64,000 nucleotides of DNA from Owenia fusiformis (GCA_903813345.2 CAIIXF020000001.1:33852001-33916000), one strand, 5' to 3'; positions 26,660-39,307 are shown, counted from the first letter of the stretch. Notes: generated by a model not told the origin, from the letters alone. Translations and numbers: made by a program.

Positions 26660-29058
26660 GTACTTAACGTTCCTAGCAGGGTTAGGAATTTTTTTTATTT
26701 ATAACGTTGGATCTGGACGATACATGTGCGTTATTTTCGACGTCAAGTTTTGAGGTTATTTCACATCATAAGAACGTTATGACAACGTTAACTTTTAACG
26801 TTAAAATAACGTCGGAAATGATCGATTTAGTGAGAATGAGAACATATTGACATCTTTGTAACGTTTCCTTAACTCACAAATATTTTGAAGCCATTTCCAC
26901 AATGTTGAAATTCAACCATCCATCGACGTTTTGCTGAATATTTTAATAACGTCAGATCAATACAGTCCATGAACGTCATTATCGTCGTCACGTTTTGAGG
27001 TTATTTCAAATCGAAAAAACAATTCGACAACGTTAAATTTTAACGTTAACAATACGTCAGAAATGAACCGACTTATCTTATCGTCTTTGTCATGTTTTTT
27101 TCCACCAACAAATATTTTAATATTAAAAGCCTGTTTTGACAACGTTGAATTTTAACTTTTGAGTTACGTCACATATGGACCAACTTAGTAAAAAATCAAA
27201 CGTTCCTGTTTGTTATGTTTTCCACACTAACAAACTTTACGGACACGTTACAATAACGTTCTTTTTATACCATCAACAAATCAAGAAATCTCCTATGGCA
27301 GCGTATACCGCTACACTAGCCGTATAGAATTTCCATATCATCGGTGATTAAGCCAGTTTGTTTGCCATCTGATACCTCTGCAGTAGGAGTCTTGGAAGAG
27401 TGTAGCTACTTAACATTGATAAGGCATAAACATGAATACTTAACTGTTAAAATGTCTAATGGATAAACATAGAAACGTCTTGTGTTAATTGAATGTAAAG
27501 CTGTGTATAATGCTACATTTTCTAGTCACTAGTACCCCACACAAGTTTTCGATAATAACTTTAACATGTTTAACCCTTGATTTGAACACTCGAGATCTAC
27601 TATTTGTTATTGAATTTAGCACACACTCGAGGCAATTTCCACATTGGAAATTTTTTATTTTTATTTTACTTCAATAACAATAAAAAAGCAACTGAACCAA
27701 GGATGTCATTAATCCTTTTTAACAAATTTGATGTCATAAAATCAAAATTAAGAATTGTTAAAGTAAGTCTTTATGGTATTTTTGAATAGTCTATTAGTAG
27801 TCTGTATATAGACAGCTATAAGCTTTGTCTATCAACAAAGCTTTATTTATGAAATATACTTGCCTTTGATATCTAGTTGTCCCGGTCATAAATGTACTAC
27901 AATTTTAACATCATATCATTGAAACAATGTAACGATGGTAATATGTGTAGCATATGGCTAGATTTAATTTAAATAGTAGGCTTATAGGGGAGAATGTTCA
28001 AATCATGGGTCAAAGTTATTATCAAAAACTTGTGTGGGGTACTATAATACTGATCCTACAGTAAACTCACACTCTATACAGTACTTGTAAAATATGACAA
28101 AAAATTTGCAACCGAAAAGGATATAAAGATCACAACAAAAGTTTGCAAAGATAACTATCCCGTATATTCTAATCAACCCCTACTGAGATCAATCTACTGA
28201 AATATTTGTCACTTAAAATAGATTTAAATAAAAAACGGTTGGAAATATTTGAGATAGCAGTATTCTTTCGCAGTACTCTACATTAAAATTACTGAAAGAT
28301 CCAAGGGTTTAGATGGATTCGATAATTAGTACTATTAAATGATAAAGTTTGCTACATTTAAAATGTAAAGTGTAACGTATTTTCTTAAAAGCAGTTTGGT
28401 TTCTTCTATTACTGTAAACTCTTCATATTAGCTTAATCTTTCAGAAATAAATCAACAAAATCTCATCCTTTTAAATAATCTAACAATGATTTTTTAACAG
28501 TATGCATTCTATTTATTTATAATTTGTCAAAAGACTAAGGGAAATAAGATAAATAACATGATTATCTCAAAAACCTAAAAGATGAGAAATGAAATATATT
28601 TCCCTGTGTACAGTAACACAGATCTGAGTTCTACCAAAACCCTAATTCTGCTTTGAGAAGCAACTTCAGCAACTTGCTGGAATATGAGACCACATTAATG
28701 TTTGCGTTGACAGCTTAATGGGCCTAGATAGGGATTTAACATGCAGCATAGTTATACTGGTAGCGGTATACGCGTTTCTTGATTTGATAGATGTCTCATG
28801 TTTACGTTGCCTCGATGTGTAAAGAACGAAGATGTGCAATGTCTTCTAGGAACTTATATGCTACTTGACATGGACGTCACTGTTTGCTGGATCGATTATT
28901 TTAAAAAGTGCTCTGTCTCGTATAGGGTAAAGTATCGAACAGCAGTGCACTCGGTAGGCTAAGTCTGTCAAGTCAATTGGCTACTATATATCAGGGGAAA
29001 TGTGGAGTTTTGAAAGTTGGTAAACCTGCTAGGAACGTTAGGTACCCTGTCTACCGGG
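26660..29058. mobile_element. AACGTT-rich TIR element relic
   Basis: GTACTTAACGTTCCTAGCAGG (26660) vs CCTGCTAGGAACGTTAGGTAC (~29025-29045); right end GTCTACCGGG|TA; many AACGTT motifs at 26660-27260. Confidence 0.55.
27271..28793. mobile_element. Nested TIR element (CATC...GATG ends)
   Basis: CATCAACAAATCAAGAAA..GCGTATACCGCTAC vs GTAGCGGTATACGCGTTTCTTGATTTGATAGATG. No clear TSD. Confidence 0.55.
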
Positions 29059-30709
29059 TACCCAATCACCCGGTTTTTTACACAAACCCATTAATATAGA
29101 ATTAGGCCGTTGGGCTTTGTATAAAAACACACTACCCTACCTCGATAGCGCATGCGCGAATTTTTTGGCTTTCAATCAGGTCGCTTTTAAGTATATCGAC
29201 TGCTTAGTGAAAAGGTTAATACGTTTGGTGCTCGGAGTGAGTCAATATTGCTATTCGCTGAACTTCAGTGGTGCAATAGTGAAGTCCATGTTCCAAGTTA
29301 TATGATAGTTGAAGAAAGAATGTAAATAATATCGTTTTAAATTTTAAAATATTTGACACGTCATAGTACACGGTACACAGCTGCAAAAGTTGATCAATAC
29401 AGGGTACGAGGAATGTAAATTGTTCAATAGTACAGGGAGCGAGAAAGTAAGCTGATTATACAGACATACTATGTCCCGATCTCATGTATAATTACGTTGC
29501 AAACAGTGAAAATAATGCTAAAAAGGCCGCCTGTTGATGCTTTGAGGTGTCATCAATTGTTATTTAATCCAAATAAAGTAAATATTATTTAGTAGATTTA
29601 GACACGGGCTTTTAGGTCGTATATGCATTTTAGTCATTAAATTAACAAGAACGCTAGATTATACGTGTTAATAGGGTATCAAATTCAGAATAATTAAAAT
29701 TGCGTGAACTACATGTAAAGAATCTTTCTATATAACCCCTTGAATGGTCTCATTCACTACCGTCCTCAAAAACCGATCATTTAAAATAGTTTGTTCAAAA
29801 TACCATCATGTCACCACATTTTGTTCTTCACGATTTGCTGTAGAGGTGATATGACGTCGTATTTCTCTATTATTGTAAAAAAACTAATACCAGATCGATG
29901 TAGTCTTATATGACGTGTTGAATGTCAGATGTTTTTGGATGGTATCTGCTCCAGTGATTTTGCATTTAATCATGAAACGCTCATCACAAGACACCTCGAA
30001 ACAAACATTATCCTCCTTGAGGAAAAATGTTTCACAATATGTTATGCCTTACGGCAAAATAAAGATACATTCCTGGGACGGCTTTTTTGCATCTTAAGAT
30101 TTTAGAAAAACAATTAATTCACAAAAGTACAGTTGAATAACATACTGGAAAACGTATCCACATATAACACGATGACACGCAGTTTAAATAACAGTTTACT
30201 GGGGTTCTGTTACATATCAATGTAACATTTTCGAAGGGAAACTTACATGCTCCCTGTACGTTGACAGATTTACTGAAATGTATCGTGTATTGCATTGAGT
30301 TTTGCTTCACTGCGCCCACTATTATCTATCTTTGCCTATAGTGGTTTTTTGCCAACAATATTCTACAAACTGCTTGATGAATCAATTCTATGTCTGGTAG
30401 AACACTAGAAATAAATGTAAAATGTATTTTACGTTCAGAAATATGGAATTAAACCCACGTCCTCCATTTGCAACTTAGCTGTACCCTGTTTCCCTTTTAA
30501 ACGTGGTCACGTGGTAGGGTAGTGTGAAAAAACCTCCTACCTCATACCCACCTACCCACCTATGTGGAACATGATACAGTCATTGAAGGGTTCAATTTTA
30601 AAGATTATGAAATCTCAAAATAGCCCAAATTATTAACATTTCTACAATTCCGGCTTTATTTTATGACTAGACAGATCCATAAATAAAGGTATATGGATGT
30701 ATTTTAATG

Positions 30710-30838
30710 TGTTATGACCCGAGGGCGCCCCAGGGGAATAAATAACTAACGACCACAAGCATAGGTCCAACAAGCCAGATTAAGAAATTGAAAGAAAGTG
30801 TGCTAAATCCGATGCCCCGAGTGGGAATGGAACCCAGC
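30710..30838 (-). mobile_element. tRNA-derived SINE-like fragment
   Basis: Reverse complement GGGTTCCATTCCCACTCGGGGCA is B-box/T-arm-like. Confidence 0.35.
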
Positions 30839-30928
30839 TGGGATGTAGTAGCAACTTGCTGTCAAGGGTCGTTACAAATGCATCTATAATTCATCATAAA
30901 CTAAGATTTAATAAACTAAGATCTTTAA

Positions 30929-32190
30929 AGGGATCCAACACCTTACAAAACTTCTTAACGGAGAGGAATAAGGGAAAATGCTTGCCGGATTCTGAATCTG
31001 TGTATTTTTTAATGATTTTTCACCGTCTTAGAATTTCAATTTTTTTCTTTTGAAAAAATGAGATTTGCATTGTTTTCCAATTAGACAAATGAGTAAACAT
31101 GAATAGCTCGAAATCTAACGGTGAGATTTTGTTTTAAAAAATCATGGATATCAAGGCTAAATATAGCTATACAATAAACATAAAAAAGCAATGCTTGGAC
31201 TCTTCATATTCACACAAAAAATTAATTAGTAAATGAGGTTTGATATTTGTGAGAATAAGTTGTACGAGTCGCAATGCTCTACAAACACCAGACTACAGGG
31301 TGGATTAGGATCAATGACACACATAAAAATTAATTTAAAAATATTTCATGATAATTATCTCAAACAAGAGCAGTTAGCGAAGGATACATTTCATTACACT
31401 CAATAAATAGTTATCACTTTTGACTATATATACATATCTCATGGGAATGTATTTCCATCTGCTCAAGATATCATATTTTAGCTTCGAAAATCACAATCGT
31501 TGGATAATACATTTGTCTCAGAATAATAGGCCACCCTGTAGCAATGTAGCTTTCACTTGAAGTGTACCCTTGAGAATAATGAACTTACTTTCAAATTTGC
31601 CTTGCTTTTGTGGTGTATGTGGCTTTTTAGCAAATCTGCCACGCTCATTTCTTTCAAGAACCATCTTGTTCACATGTAACACTAGGCTATACGCGCATGT
31701 ATAGACAGATGACATAGATATACATATAAATTATATACTGCACCTGTATTTACTTACATGGGAATATTCCCTTTGGAAAAATGCAAATGCATGAACATAT
31801 ATTTTCATCTTATATATGACTTCAAGCGAACATATTATTTCATATTTATATTTTCATAGTTAGTCTAACATAAATAATAGATCCATGAGAACAATATTCT
31901 TTGTTTTCTTAAAAATTGATGGGTTTACTGTGAATTCAATAAATTACAATTTGCAAGGGGTAAGTATACTGTATGACCTTAGTTGCAAAGTACTGTTTAT
32001 ATATGCAGCTCAATAGCATAAAATATGTTGAATGAAGCATATGGTATGGATTAGTCGTGTGACACACAAACTGACCAATACATGAGGGTATTAGCTACTT
32101 TTCACATAAACCAAAGGAGGACAGTGCTTTTATTTCAACTGGGAGCTTACCTCCACACGACTGATCATGTGACCATGGTGTTGGGTCCCT
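30929..32190. mobile_element. Kolobok-like non-autonomous DNA transposon, 1,262 bp
   Basis: TTAA|AGGGATCCAACACC ... GGTGTTGGGTCCCT|TTAA; short basic minus-strand peptide 'RNERGRFAKKPHTP' inside. Confidence 0.75.
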
Positions 32191-32655
32191 TTAAAATTGA
32201 ACCCTTCAAAGACTGTATCATGTCCCACTTACGTGGGTAGGTATGAGGTAGGAGGTTTTTTATACAAAGCCGTTTAAATAGAGAAAACTAAATAACTTAA
32301 CAAAATCCTGATGCAAAGACAAACTGGCTTTCCAGTGTATGTACTTTTGTAGAATCAATATTAGAAAAATGAACTTTTTTAAGAATACTGGGTCAAATAT
32401 GGGGCAGTCTCGTCACATTCCCCTGTGTTTTGTATCACAATTTCTTCTAAGATCAAATTACTTTTATTGGACTATGAATGGCTTAGATAGTTGTCAGTTG
32501 TCAATTCTTTTTTGTATGATGGATTCTCAAGAAACAGCAGTTTGTCTTCTTTTCTCGAGGCAAATCTTTGCTCATTAATATCCATCCCCTTGTTTATATC
32601 ATGTTTATATTGAATCACTCTTAAATACATTGTCCATTTTTTATTATATTTTTAG

Positions 32656-32838
32656 GTATTGCAAAATATGGTTGACTGCTCAGATTTGAGTAACCCAACA
32701 AAACCACTGGACATATACTGTGAGTGGACGAGACGAATAATGGAAGAATTCTTCAAACAGGGAGATATTGAACGAGAACGAGGGCTGGAGATCAGTCCAA
32801 TGTGTGACCGGCATAATTCTACAATTGAGAGGACACAG
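32656..32838 (+). CDS. PDE4: PDE4/dunce-type phosphodiesterase catalytic exon (183 nt)
   Basis: [79 protein letters not shown], with DLSNP, EFFxQGD and the invariant terminal Gln. Phase 0, follows the 123-nt exon in frame. Confidence 0.95.
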
Positions 32839-32851
32839 GTCAGTAGACAGT

Positions 32852-33500
32852 GTAGTTATCCCACCGAACGAAGTTCGAGGGGGATATAGGCAGGGCTGTC
32901 AACTTGGGACCACCTAATATGAGTGACTTACAAATGTTGGACACCTAAGTCCAAATCTGAACACTTTTGTCCAAATTTTGAACACCTTTGGCCAACTTTT
33001 AAACACCTTTGGCCAAAGTTTGAGCACCTTTGCCAAACTTTGATCACCTCAAATTTTTCGCGATCGCTACGCTCGCGATATCTTCAATGGGGGGGGGGGG
33101 AAGGTACGGATATTTCCAATTAACATGCGTGACATATACGGGATTCGCGTGACTAATCCGAACAAATTGCTTTCGGTTTTTTTCCGACGCTCGTATTTTT
33201 ACCGTATCGTAAACATATTTTGACAATTTTTCTACAGAAATATTTTTGCTTGACAATTACCAGGTAAAATGGGTATTTGCGTGACATTTTCTGTAGGAAA
33301 GCCGTCTGTCCATCCGTTCGTCCATCTGTTTGTTCGGGCGATAACTCAAAACTGGTCGACGGATTTAATTCAAATTTTATAGGCTTATGCCTTATTGCGA
33401 TAGAACCTCTGATCAAGAAGGAATTTTCAATATGGCCGCTTAATTTAAATTGGCTACCATTTTTCGTAAAAAAGAAGTTTGATAACTCACATACTACAGT
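32852..33500 (-). mobile_element. Helentron-like element end interrupted by a hAT-like MITE (CAGGGCTGTCAAC at 32891)
   Basis: Terminus GTTATCCCACCGAACGAAGTTCGAGGGGGATATAGG matches the inverted terminus at ~55308-55342; a (GTCC)n tract and the 120-bp unit resume at ~33295. Confidence 0.6.
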
Positions 33501-33502
33501 CT

Positions 33503-33825
33503 GTTAACTGTTAAAAATAATAACAACATAACTTCGACATATGAGTGTTACCTGATGAATGGGACCCTCACGTGCCTTCCAAATGGTAGTACACGAACTC
33601 TAGTGTAACTACATCAGCTTATCTTTCCGTCCGATCAACAATAAGTACAGTTATACAAGAAATGTAAACGAAGTGAAAATATTCCCAAAGATTTTCCGAA
33701 AGGCATGGCATTCCGGAAGTTATGATACGTTATGGTGTCACTACGGTAAATCATTGAAAAATATTGAAAAAAATTACAAAATTCAAGTTCTGGTGTGAGG
33801 TTCCATATCCATCCGCTAAAAGGTA
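33503..33825. mobile_element. Inverted fragment of the same MULE family as 23684-25572
   Basis: Reverse-complement match to ~25080-25388 over ~300 bp. Confidence 0.85.
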
Positions 33826-34456
33826 TGACACTATAAAGTCCATTTACAAATTTGTGGTTTTGTTCTAAATAACGCCATAGTTGGCTTCTAGGGTACCTAG
33901 TATGCCACTATTTCATCGTATCAAAATAAAGAGGAGGAGTCCAACTTTCATTTGAATTACGAAAATAGCGATGTAGGTCAAAATAGTTCCGGCGTGAGCA
34001 TGTTTACTACGCGTTTGCCCGTCATCTCAGAAATGGTAGCAAACGCGAGTTACAATAAATGGACGCTGATATCTCAAAAAGTAACCTGCCTCCCTATAAT
34101 TTGATGTAGATCAATCGAACCCCTATATGAACAGGTACATTTTGATACATAACACTATGGGGGGGGGGGGTAAGCGTTTTATAGTTGATCACAAACGCCA
34201 TATGTGCAAAGTATTGTTCTGAATTTTCGAATTTGGTGTTGGATTACGATACTCACACCTTCTGGGGTACATATTGCCAATTTCGAACGAATTAGCCCAT
34301 ACAATGACTATATTTCTGCAATATCCTATACATAACCTTCATCTTGACACTATATTTAACATAGGGTTTGCGTCTAGATTTTTAAATATCACTACGCCAA
34401 CATAGGGACTCATTTTTAGGTAAAATGCCTGCTTCAACGATGAAAATTAACGAATA

Positions 34457-34635
34457 AAGTAGTTCCTGTTTACGGGACCATATTCTTGCCAACTTCAATG
34501 GTGTGTATAGTAGGTCTAAGTGTATGCACTATGGCCATTTGAGGTATGTATGTAAAGCTGAGGCCAAGTACTTTCTAAATGTGCCATTTTTAGAAAAAAA
34601 TCTCAAGAATATGGTCCCGTAAACAGGAACTACTT
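34457..34635. repeat. Inverted repeat, 32-bp perfect arms
   Basis: AAGTAGTTCCTGTTTACGGGACCATATTCTTG and its exact reverse complement. Confidence 0.85.
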
Positions 34636-34657
34636 AAATCTAAATGACATCTCTGAT

Positions 34658-34924
34658 GTCTTAGTTTTATAACAGGGTCTTAGTTTTATTACGTGGGGGG
34701 TCTTAGTTTTATAACAGGGTCTTAGTTTTATAACGTCGGGGGTCTTAGTTTTATAACAGGGTCTTAGTTTTATAACGTGGGGGGTCTTAGTTTTATAACA
34801 GGGTCTTAGTTTTATTACATGGGGGGTCTTAGTTTTATAACAGGGTCTTAGTTTTATAACGTGGGGGTCTTAGTTTTGTAGGTCTTAGGTCTTAGGTCTT
34901 AGGTCTTAGTTTTGTAGACACCCG
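34658..34924. repeat. GGGTCTTAGTTTTATAAC tandem array ending in a transposon-like terminus (..TTTTGTAGACACCCG)
   Basis: About 11 alternating ~19/~23-bp units, then (TAGGTCT)n and GTAGACACCCG. Architecture resembles a MULE TIR with subterminal repeats; no partner end found. Confidence 0.8.
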
Positions 34925-35023
34925 AGGTCAAGTTACAAAATTTAAACTATTAAACCACCATGTAATTAACTTACAGGGAATAAATGTACCAAACCTACCA
35001 CAAGTCGACAGCTGCAACAGAAT

Positions 35024-35938
35024 TTGTTGGGGATTCTAGAAGCCGCCTTGGAACCAACTTCAAGGGTGGCTTACAAGACAGCCTTAAAATGGTATAAACA
35101 ATTTAATGACTCGTATAAATTAAACGACCCGATGCTTCCCTGTCATGTCTCTGATGTGCTTCTATTCATATCGTATCTCAACTTCAAAGATCTCAAACCT
35201 TCTACTATTACATCATACATCAGCGCCTTGGGTTACATTCACAAATTGCAACATGATAGAACACCCACCGATGCCTTCATCGGTCAAAAAACATTGTTAG
35301 GCCTAAGGAAAAAACAACCGAGTATTGACTCTAGACTTCCAATTACCCTACCAATCTTGAATAGCCTTATCGATTCATTGAATTCTATCATCCCATCAAA
35401 TCCCTATTTGCAAACAATGTTCAAAGCAATGTTTGCTATGGCATTTCATTGTTTCTTGAGAATAGGGGAAATAACAGGTGGTTCAAGTAACCAAAATCTG
35501 ATTCAATTACATTATGTCAAATTCATAAGAGAACGTTCCGAAATATGTGCTTTCGAACTCACCTTCAAAAAATATAAACATAGTATACCAGGTAAATCGC
35601 ATAGCATACGAGTCGAAAAAGGAAGCATTCCTAAATATTGCCCTGTCTCACTTCTTAAAAATTACCTCAACTTGAGGGGTATGTCAGAAGGCCCGCTGTT
35701 TTTGCAATCAAACACAACACAAGTCCACAGAGACAGCTTCAGCAAATGGTTAAGAAAAGCCCTGACATTCATGAATCTTGATACAAAGTTTTATAAGACA
35801 CATTCCTTCAGAATTGGTTCGGCTACTCACGCGTGTATAAACAAAGGTCTAACGGATCAGCAAATAATGCACCTAGGGAGATGGGCATCAAACAGTTTTA
35901 AAAAATACATAAGACCTCAAATTAATTCAGCAATGTAA
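35024..35938 (+). CDS. DIRS-type tyrosine recombinase (integrase), uninterrupted 304-aa ORF
   Basis: SAM-like N-terminus (TITSYISALGYIHKL), FLRIGEI (Arg), KYKH (Lys), CPV, HSFRIGSAT (HxxR), LGRWASNSFKKYIR (Trp, Tyr). Frame open from 34970; listed start is TTG; candidate splice acceptor TTAACTTACAG ends at 34976. Confidence 0.93.
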   Translation: MLGILEAALEPTSRVAYKTALKWYKQFNDSYKLNDPMLPCHVSDVLLFISYLNFKDLKPSTITSYISALGYIHKLQHDRTPTDAFIGQKTLLGLRKKQPSIDSRLPITLPILNSLIDSLNSIIPSNPYLQTMFKAMFAMAFHCFLRIGEITGGSSNQNLIQLHYVKFIRERSEICAFELTFKKYKHSIPGKSHSIRVEKGSIPKYCPVSLLKNYLNLRGMSEGPLFLQSNTTQVHRDSFSKWLRKALTFMNLDTKFYKTHSFRIGSATHACINKGLTDQQIMHLGRWASNSFKKYIRPQINSAM

Positions 35939-36566
35939 TTCATAAATAGCCTGAGGTGTTGCCCAAGCTATCAACTTATCACTATCGAATCATGATTTAT
36001 GAATCATAATTTAAATTAGACGGATGGCACATGAATGCACTCTTGAAATAAGTGGGCAAGGAAATTCAAGTATGATTGAATTGGTTGATATCAGATGAGA
36101 GCCCCTTTTATCATTTATTAGGATATGACATCAAATTAAAATGGTGTTTTCAGAGCTGTTGGCCTGGAATCTAGTACGTTTGACAAACATTAAATGAATA
36201 TTACCTTTCCCAGAGCAGTTGGCCTGGAAAATTTATGGTTCTTGTATATAGTGTAAACACATAGCTAGCAACGAATTAGTTTTAGCAAGCAAGGGTGAAC
36301 GTGACCGAGGATTTCGGGATCCTTCGGAAATTTAAAACTCCCTGGAGTTTGAGCTGATGGCCAATCTCTAAAGTTAAAAACATACGCATATTAGAAGAAT
36401 AATAAGAATAATTCTCGTAATTCTCACAAAACAAATTCATTGTCTTTTAAAACTCATACAGCTAACTTTTCTTCACAGACGGCGCATGTCTTAAAAATCA
36501 ATGTTCATGTGTTTTTCATGGTCTTTGGCCACACAAACATGATAACCCATGTTATTAGTGCCCAGT

Positions 36567-37563
36567 GGCTTTTTAGCGTCCATTTCAAACATTATGTAAG
36601 GTTATGTAATACTTTATACAATTATGTAAGACAATGTAAACGAATTTATACTATTGTTAATTTGTGTAATATTATGTAATGTTAGGAAATATTATGTAAT
36701 GTTTTTATGTAAAAATAATAAATCAAAATAGACGGCCACAGGATGGCTCTTGACACACCAAATTATACTTGTCAGCTTATTATTTCCCCGATAGAGCGGG
36801 CGGGAAGTATAAAAGTAATTTAAGGAATCTGCAAGTGGACCTTAAATGGATTTATACTGACTGGCCGGATATCCAATCATGTACTGGCTTTCACTTTCAG
36901 TTATATACGTGTGTCTCGAGTTACATCTTGGGTCTATCTACTACTTCCCAACTAGACAGCATCCTTCATTCAGTTTCATGTTTCGAAACAGACAACATAA
37001 ATAAGCATTGATTTGTTAAAAAATTATTGTTTCAACTTTACAAGCTATTCAGCATTGTTATATTAAGAAAATATTATATAACATAAGAAAGAACACTGTT
37101 TATAACCCTCCTCCTTTCCCCGATTCTACCTCCAATAACACAAATGTATTATTGTTGAAATTCACGTTGTTTTAGTTTACAGACTGTAATTAACTATGTC
37201 ACGTTTTTCGCAAACCTATTTGAGAAAGAGACTTTCACATAGCTGTCACCATGTGTTAGTAAGCTTGTACAGTCCTAACTAACCCTTTTTATATTTTTTA
37301 TTTTACATTAGGTTACGGCTTTTTAGCGTCCATTTCAAACATTATGTTAGGTTATGTAATACTTTATACAATTATGTAAGACAATGTAAACGAATTTATA
37401 CTATTGTTAATTTGTGTAATATTATGTAATGTTAGGAAATATTATGTAAAGTTTTTATGTAAAAATAATAAATCAAAATAGACGGCCACAGGATGGCTCT
37501 TGACACACCAAATTATACTTGTCAGCTTATTATTTCCCCGATAGAGCGGGCGGGAAGTATAAA
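36567..37563. repeat. Direct duplication of ~247 bp (36567-36813 and 37317-37563)
   Basis: Near-identical GGCTTTTTAGCGTCC...CGGGAAGTATAAA blocks 750 bp apart. Confidence 0.9.
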
Positions 37564-39307
37564 GATATTTAGTGTGCACCAATGTATTTTTCCTCCCCTG
37601 TAAGTTCATTCTACTAAGCTTCATTTGTCTAATCCTAATGGTCGCGATTTTATGGCCATCTTACTTTTCTATATTTCTTTATCTATATCTTCTATATCTT
37701 TTTATGAATAGCCCGAAATTGTCTCACTTGTACACAATTTTATAAACAAATGTTAATATCTCGGACATCAAGTTCAATGTTCTTTCATTCTACATAAGTT
37801 TCATTTGTCTATTCCAAATGTTCAGGATTTTATGGCCATTTTACAAAACGTGCTCCAAATGACGAAACATGCCAAAATCACTCAGTATGAACCCCCAAAA
37901 TCTTATCATCAGGTCTATTTCAAAGATATAAGAGACTTTAAGATGAGACAGGTGTCAACGTAAATATAGGCTGTGCTCCATATGGTCCGTTAGACTAAAA
38001 AAATAAAATCCGGAGGCCTCATTATCCGGTCAGTGCTAAATTAGCCTTGCGATATGCGTTGCGCTTGGGAATTAACATTATTCGCAAGCTCAAATCGTTT
38101 TTTGCGTGGTAGTACGCGCTTCACGCAAATGCAACGCAGACGCAAAAGTATGCTAATCACACTTAAAGGAGATTGCAAATGAATTGGAAACGCGGGAAAT
38201 TTAAACTTAGAGCTTAAAATAGATTTATGGAAAAACAATATCTCACGAATGGATCTTTTTCAAATATTTTGTAATTTAATTTATGTCTTATGAATTTTGA
38301 ATTATTTATTAACTACGGAATGAAAATCGAAAGCATATTGTCAAAAATGCTTAGGATTGTATCATAAACCCATACTCTAAGAGCGAGGAGGAAAATTCTT
38401 AATAAATGGAGAATATCACCTTTCCACAAAGTAAAGAAAATCGATAATTTCCAGCGCGCTGATTGGTTGTATGCAAATGAGTCAAATCAATGACGTCAAT
38501 GATGGAAAGTTTTGAAGAATTAGTACAGCCAGCACAGGAATATTTTGAATTAACTGCTATAAAAAGGATTCTATTTGACCAACGTACTAATTATTTTTAA
38601 GCAAATATGAAATATGGACGGGGCACTTTCTTTCCGAATCTTATGTAATTTAATTTAATCATTTTTTGACAGAACTATTGTTCATTAAGACTTCTCAGAT
38701 CAGCCTCACATACCCGGGCTCACGTGTCTCGTGCGATTTAAACAAAAAGTGTAAATTGTGTAGTTACAAACATCGGCTAAATTATCTGATAGTGGTCATA
38801 GTACACTATCCTGTTAAATGGTTATTATGTCGTACTAAGAAGTTCCATCAGAAATTCACCATGAGTGACATTCGCGCAAAGCGTTACCTTTTGGTATGTA
38901 TTCGCCATCAGCGATGTCAATAATGATCAGCAATGTCAACATATCATCAATAAACATTATATGATGTAATACGCTCTTTCTCTGAAATCTTCCCAATGAT
39001 CATTATTCCGACCGATCATCACATAACTAATTTATCCAATGACAAGTGAGGTTACACAAGTGAAATCAGGACACCCATATCCATGTTTGATTTCTATTAA
39101 GCGTTCTCATTCTCATTATTTTCGAGAAATCCATCATCATTTTGGTTAAGAAAAATTCTACAGTCTGCTGGATCTATTTTGACAGTTTTGCTTTAGCAAG
39201 ATATTTAAACAAATTGACTGTTTCTCAGTTCTACACTGAATAAAAAACATTTTCCCGGGGATATTTGGATCGGGAGATACACAGTGGGAAATATACATTG
39301 GAATATA

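Noticed and set aside
34658..34915. Repeat array beside a recombinase as a CRISPR or integron-like array
   Set aside because: No unique spacers or cassettes (only 1-6 nt variable linkers), eukaryotic context, and the array grades into a transposon-like terminus.
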